NCBI GenBank assembly: GCA_043228905.1
Contig: JBHGNT010000016.1
Location: 8,866,001 to 8,930,000, forward strand
Direction of reading: 5' to 3'
DNA from: Azolla caroliniana
Lineage: Eukaryota > Plantae > Polypodiophyta
Length of the DNA: 64,000 nucleotides
Position numbers and translations under genes: made by a program. The notes beneath the pieces are model-generated. The model did no database searches, had not been told where the DNA came from, and saw only the letters and a list, made by a program, of their open reading frames with translations. This document shows positions 62,863 through 64,000 of this stretch, in pieces. How positions within the stretch are numbered: the stretch's first letter is position 1; each line of letters opens with the position of its first letter.

Positions 62863-64000
62863 TCCGCCAGACCATGGAAGAACAGGTGACGGGCATACCC
62901 GGGGCGAGTGTCGCCACAAACTTGACAGACGTCAGCGATGGACCTCCGGTGGTGGATCAACACAACCTGGCTATTACAGTAATATTGCACGGACAGGAAG
63001 TTCCTGGATGCGTAATCGACGGCGGCTCAAGCGTCAATGCAATTAGCGCGAAAACTTGCGAGCAGTTAGGCATTTCCGAATGGGAGGCATGTCCATTCTG
63101 GCTCCGCATGGTAAATACCCGCTCAGTGCAACCGTTGGGGTTAATTCACAAAATAGGCATCATTGTGGGCGGACACCGCTTCGACATCTCGGCGGTCGTC
63201 CTCGCTTTGGACGCCCCAGGGGCGTACCCAGTGCTTCTGGGCAGACCATGGCTTCGGACAACAAATATCAAGCAGAGCTGACAACACGAGTGTATCAGTT
63301 TCCGGCATGGACGCACCAAGGTTCGCATACCTACGGAAGGCAGCACGCCACAACCTAAGGGTATAACACCGTTATACGCGGAGGATATAAATATGCTGGC
63401 TGGGGTGGAGGATGCAGAATTGGAGGCATACCTTGACGAACACCCTCGGATTATTCCGCTGTTTGAAATAGATGTCATTGCAACCGCGGTAGAATATGCC
63501 ACGACCACTGTTCCCCCCGACGAGCCTTACGAACCAAACCTAGAGTCCATATTGGAACTCAGCAGAGCACGAGCGGCATTCGAAAGGGAAATGGAGATTT
63601 CACGACGAGTCACCGCTTCCGCTCTCGAAGAAGTAAATGTGGGTACGGAATCGGAGCCCCGGTTCCTCTCCATCACAAAGGAATTAAGGCCGAACCAGAG
63701 AATCACGATGATCGCACTACTCACGGAATATAAAGATGTGTTCGCTTGGGCTCATGAGGACATGAAGGGGTTAGATCCCAAGTTCTATCAGCACAAGATC
63801 AATTTAGCAATTGACACGAAACTCGTCCAGCAGTGCCGCTACCGCATGAACCCCAACTACACGACCCGCGTGAGAGAAGAAATTGACAAGCTCCTGAAGG
63901 CGGGGTTCATACAACTAGTTAAACAAGCGACATGGCTAAGCCTAATAGTGGTCGTCCCAAAGAAAAACGGCAAAATACGGGTATGTGTAGATTACCGAAA
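62860..64000 (+). mobile_element. Gypsy protease-RT fragment of the same family as the 4997-10716 element (runs off the window end)
   Basis: VVDQHNLAITVILHGQEVPGCVIDGGSSVNAISAKTC, LLGRPWL, YKDVFAW..DMKGLDP, WLSLIVVVPKKNGKIRVCVDYR. Confidence 0.9.

Overview
This is eukaryotic, intron-rich land-plant nuclear DNA; the retroelement types suggest a bryophyte or other seed-free plant, but the species cannot be determined. It holds four host genes: the 5' part of a SIZ1-type SUMO E3 ligase (-), a mitochondrial Tim44-domain/mL45-like gene (-), a STE20-like MAP4K-alpha kinase (-) and ABA4/DUF4281 (+), the last preceded by an ACGTGGC (ABRE/G-box) cluster. Between and inside the genes are nested Gypsy and Copia LTR elements, a TRIM, solo LTRs, L1-like and RTE-like LINE fragments, MITE-like repeats and a plastid trnR-ACG insertion. 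The most striking item lies in the 4-21 kb transposon nest: a spliced, now pseudogenised gene (12684-15216, -) that reconstructs to a prokaryote-type beta-class N6-adenine/N4-cytosine DNA methyltransferase (DIP[H]G ... NPYQKP ... VLDLFS[R]TGTT ... RNCVTLEKD). It has an extra N-terminal helical region and is split by a solo LTR whose removal restores the reading frame. All exon structures were reconstructed by eye and family assignments come from recognised motifs, not database searches.
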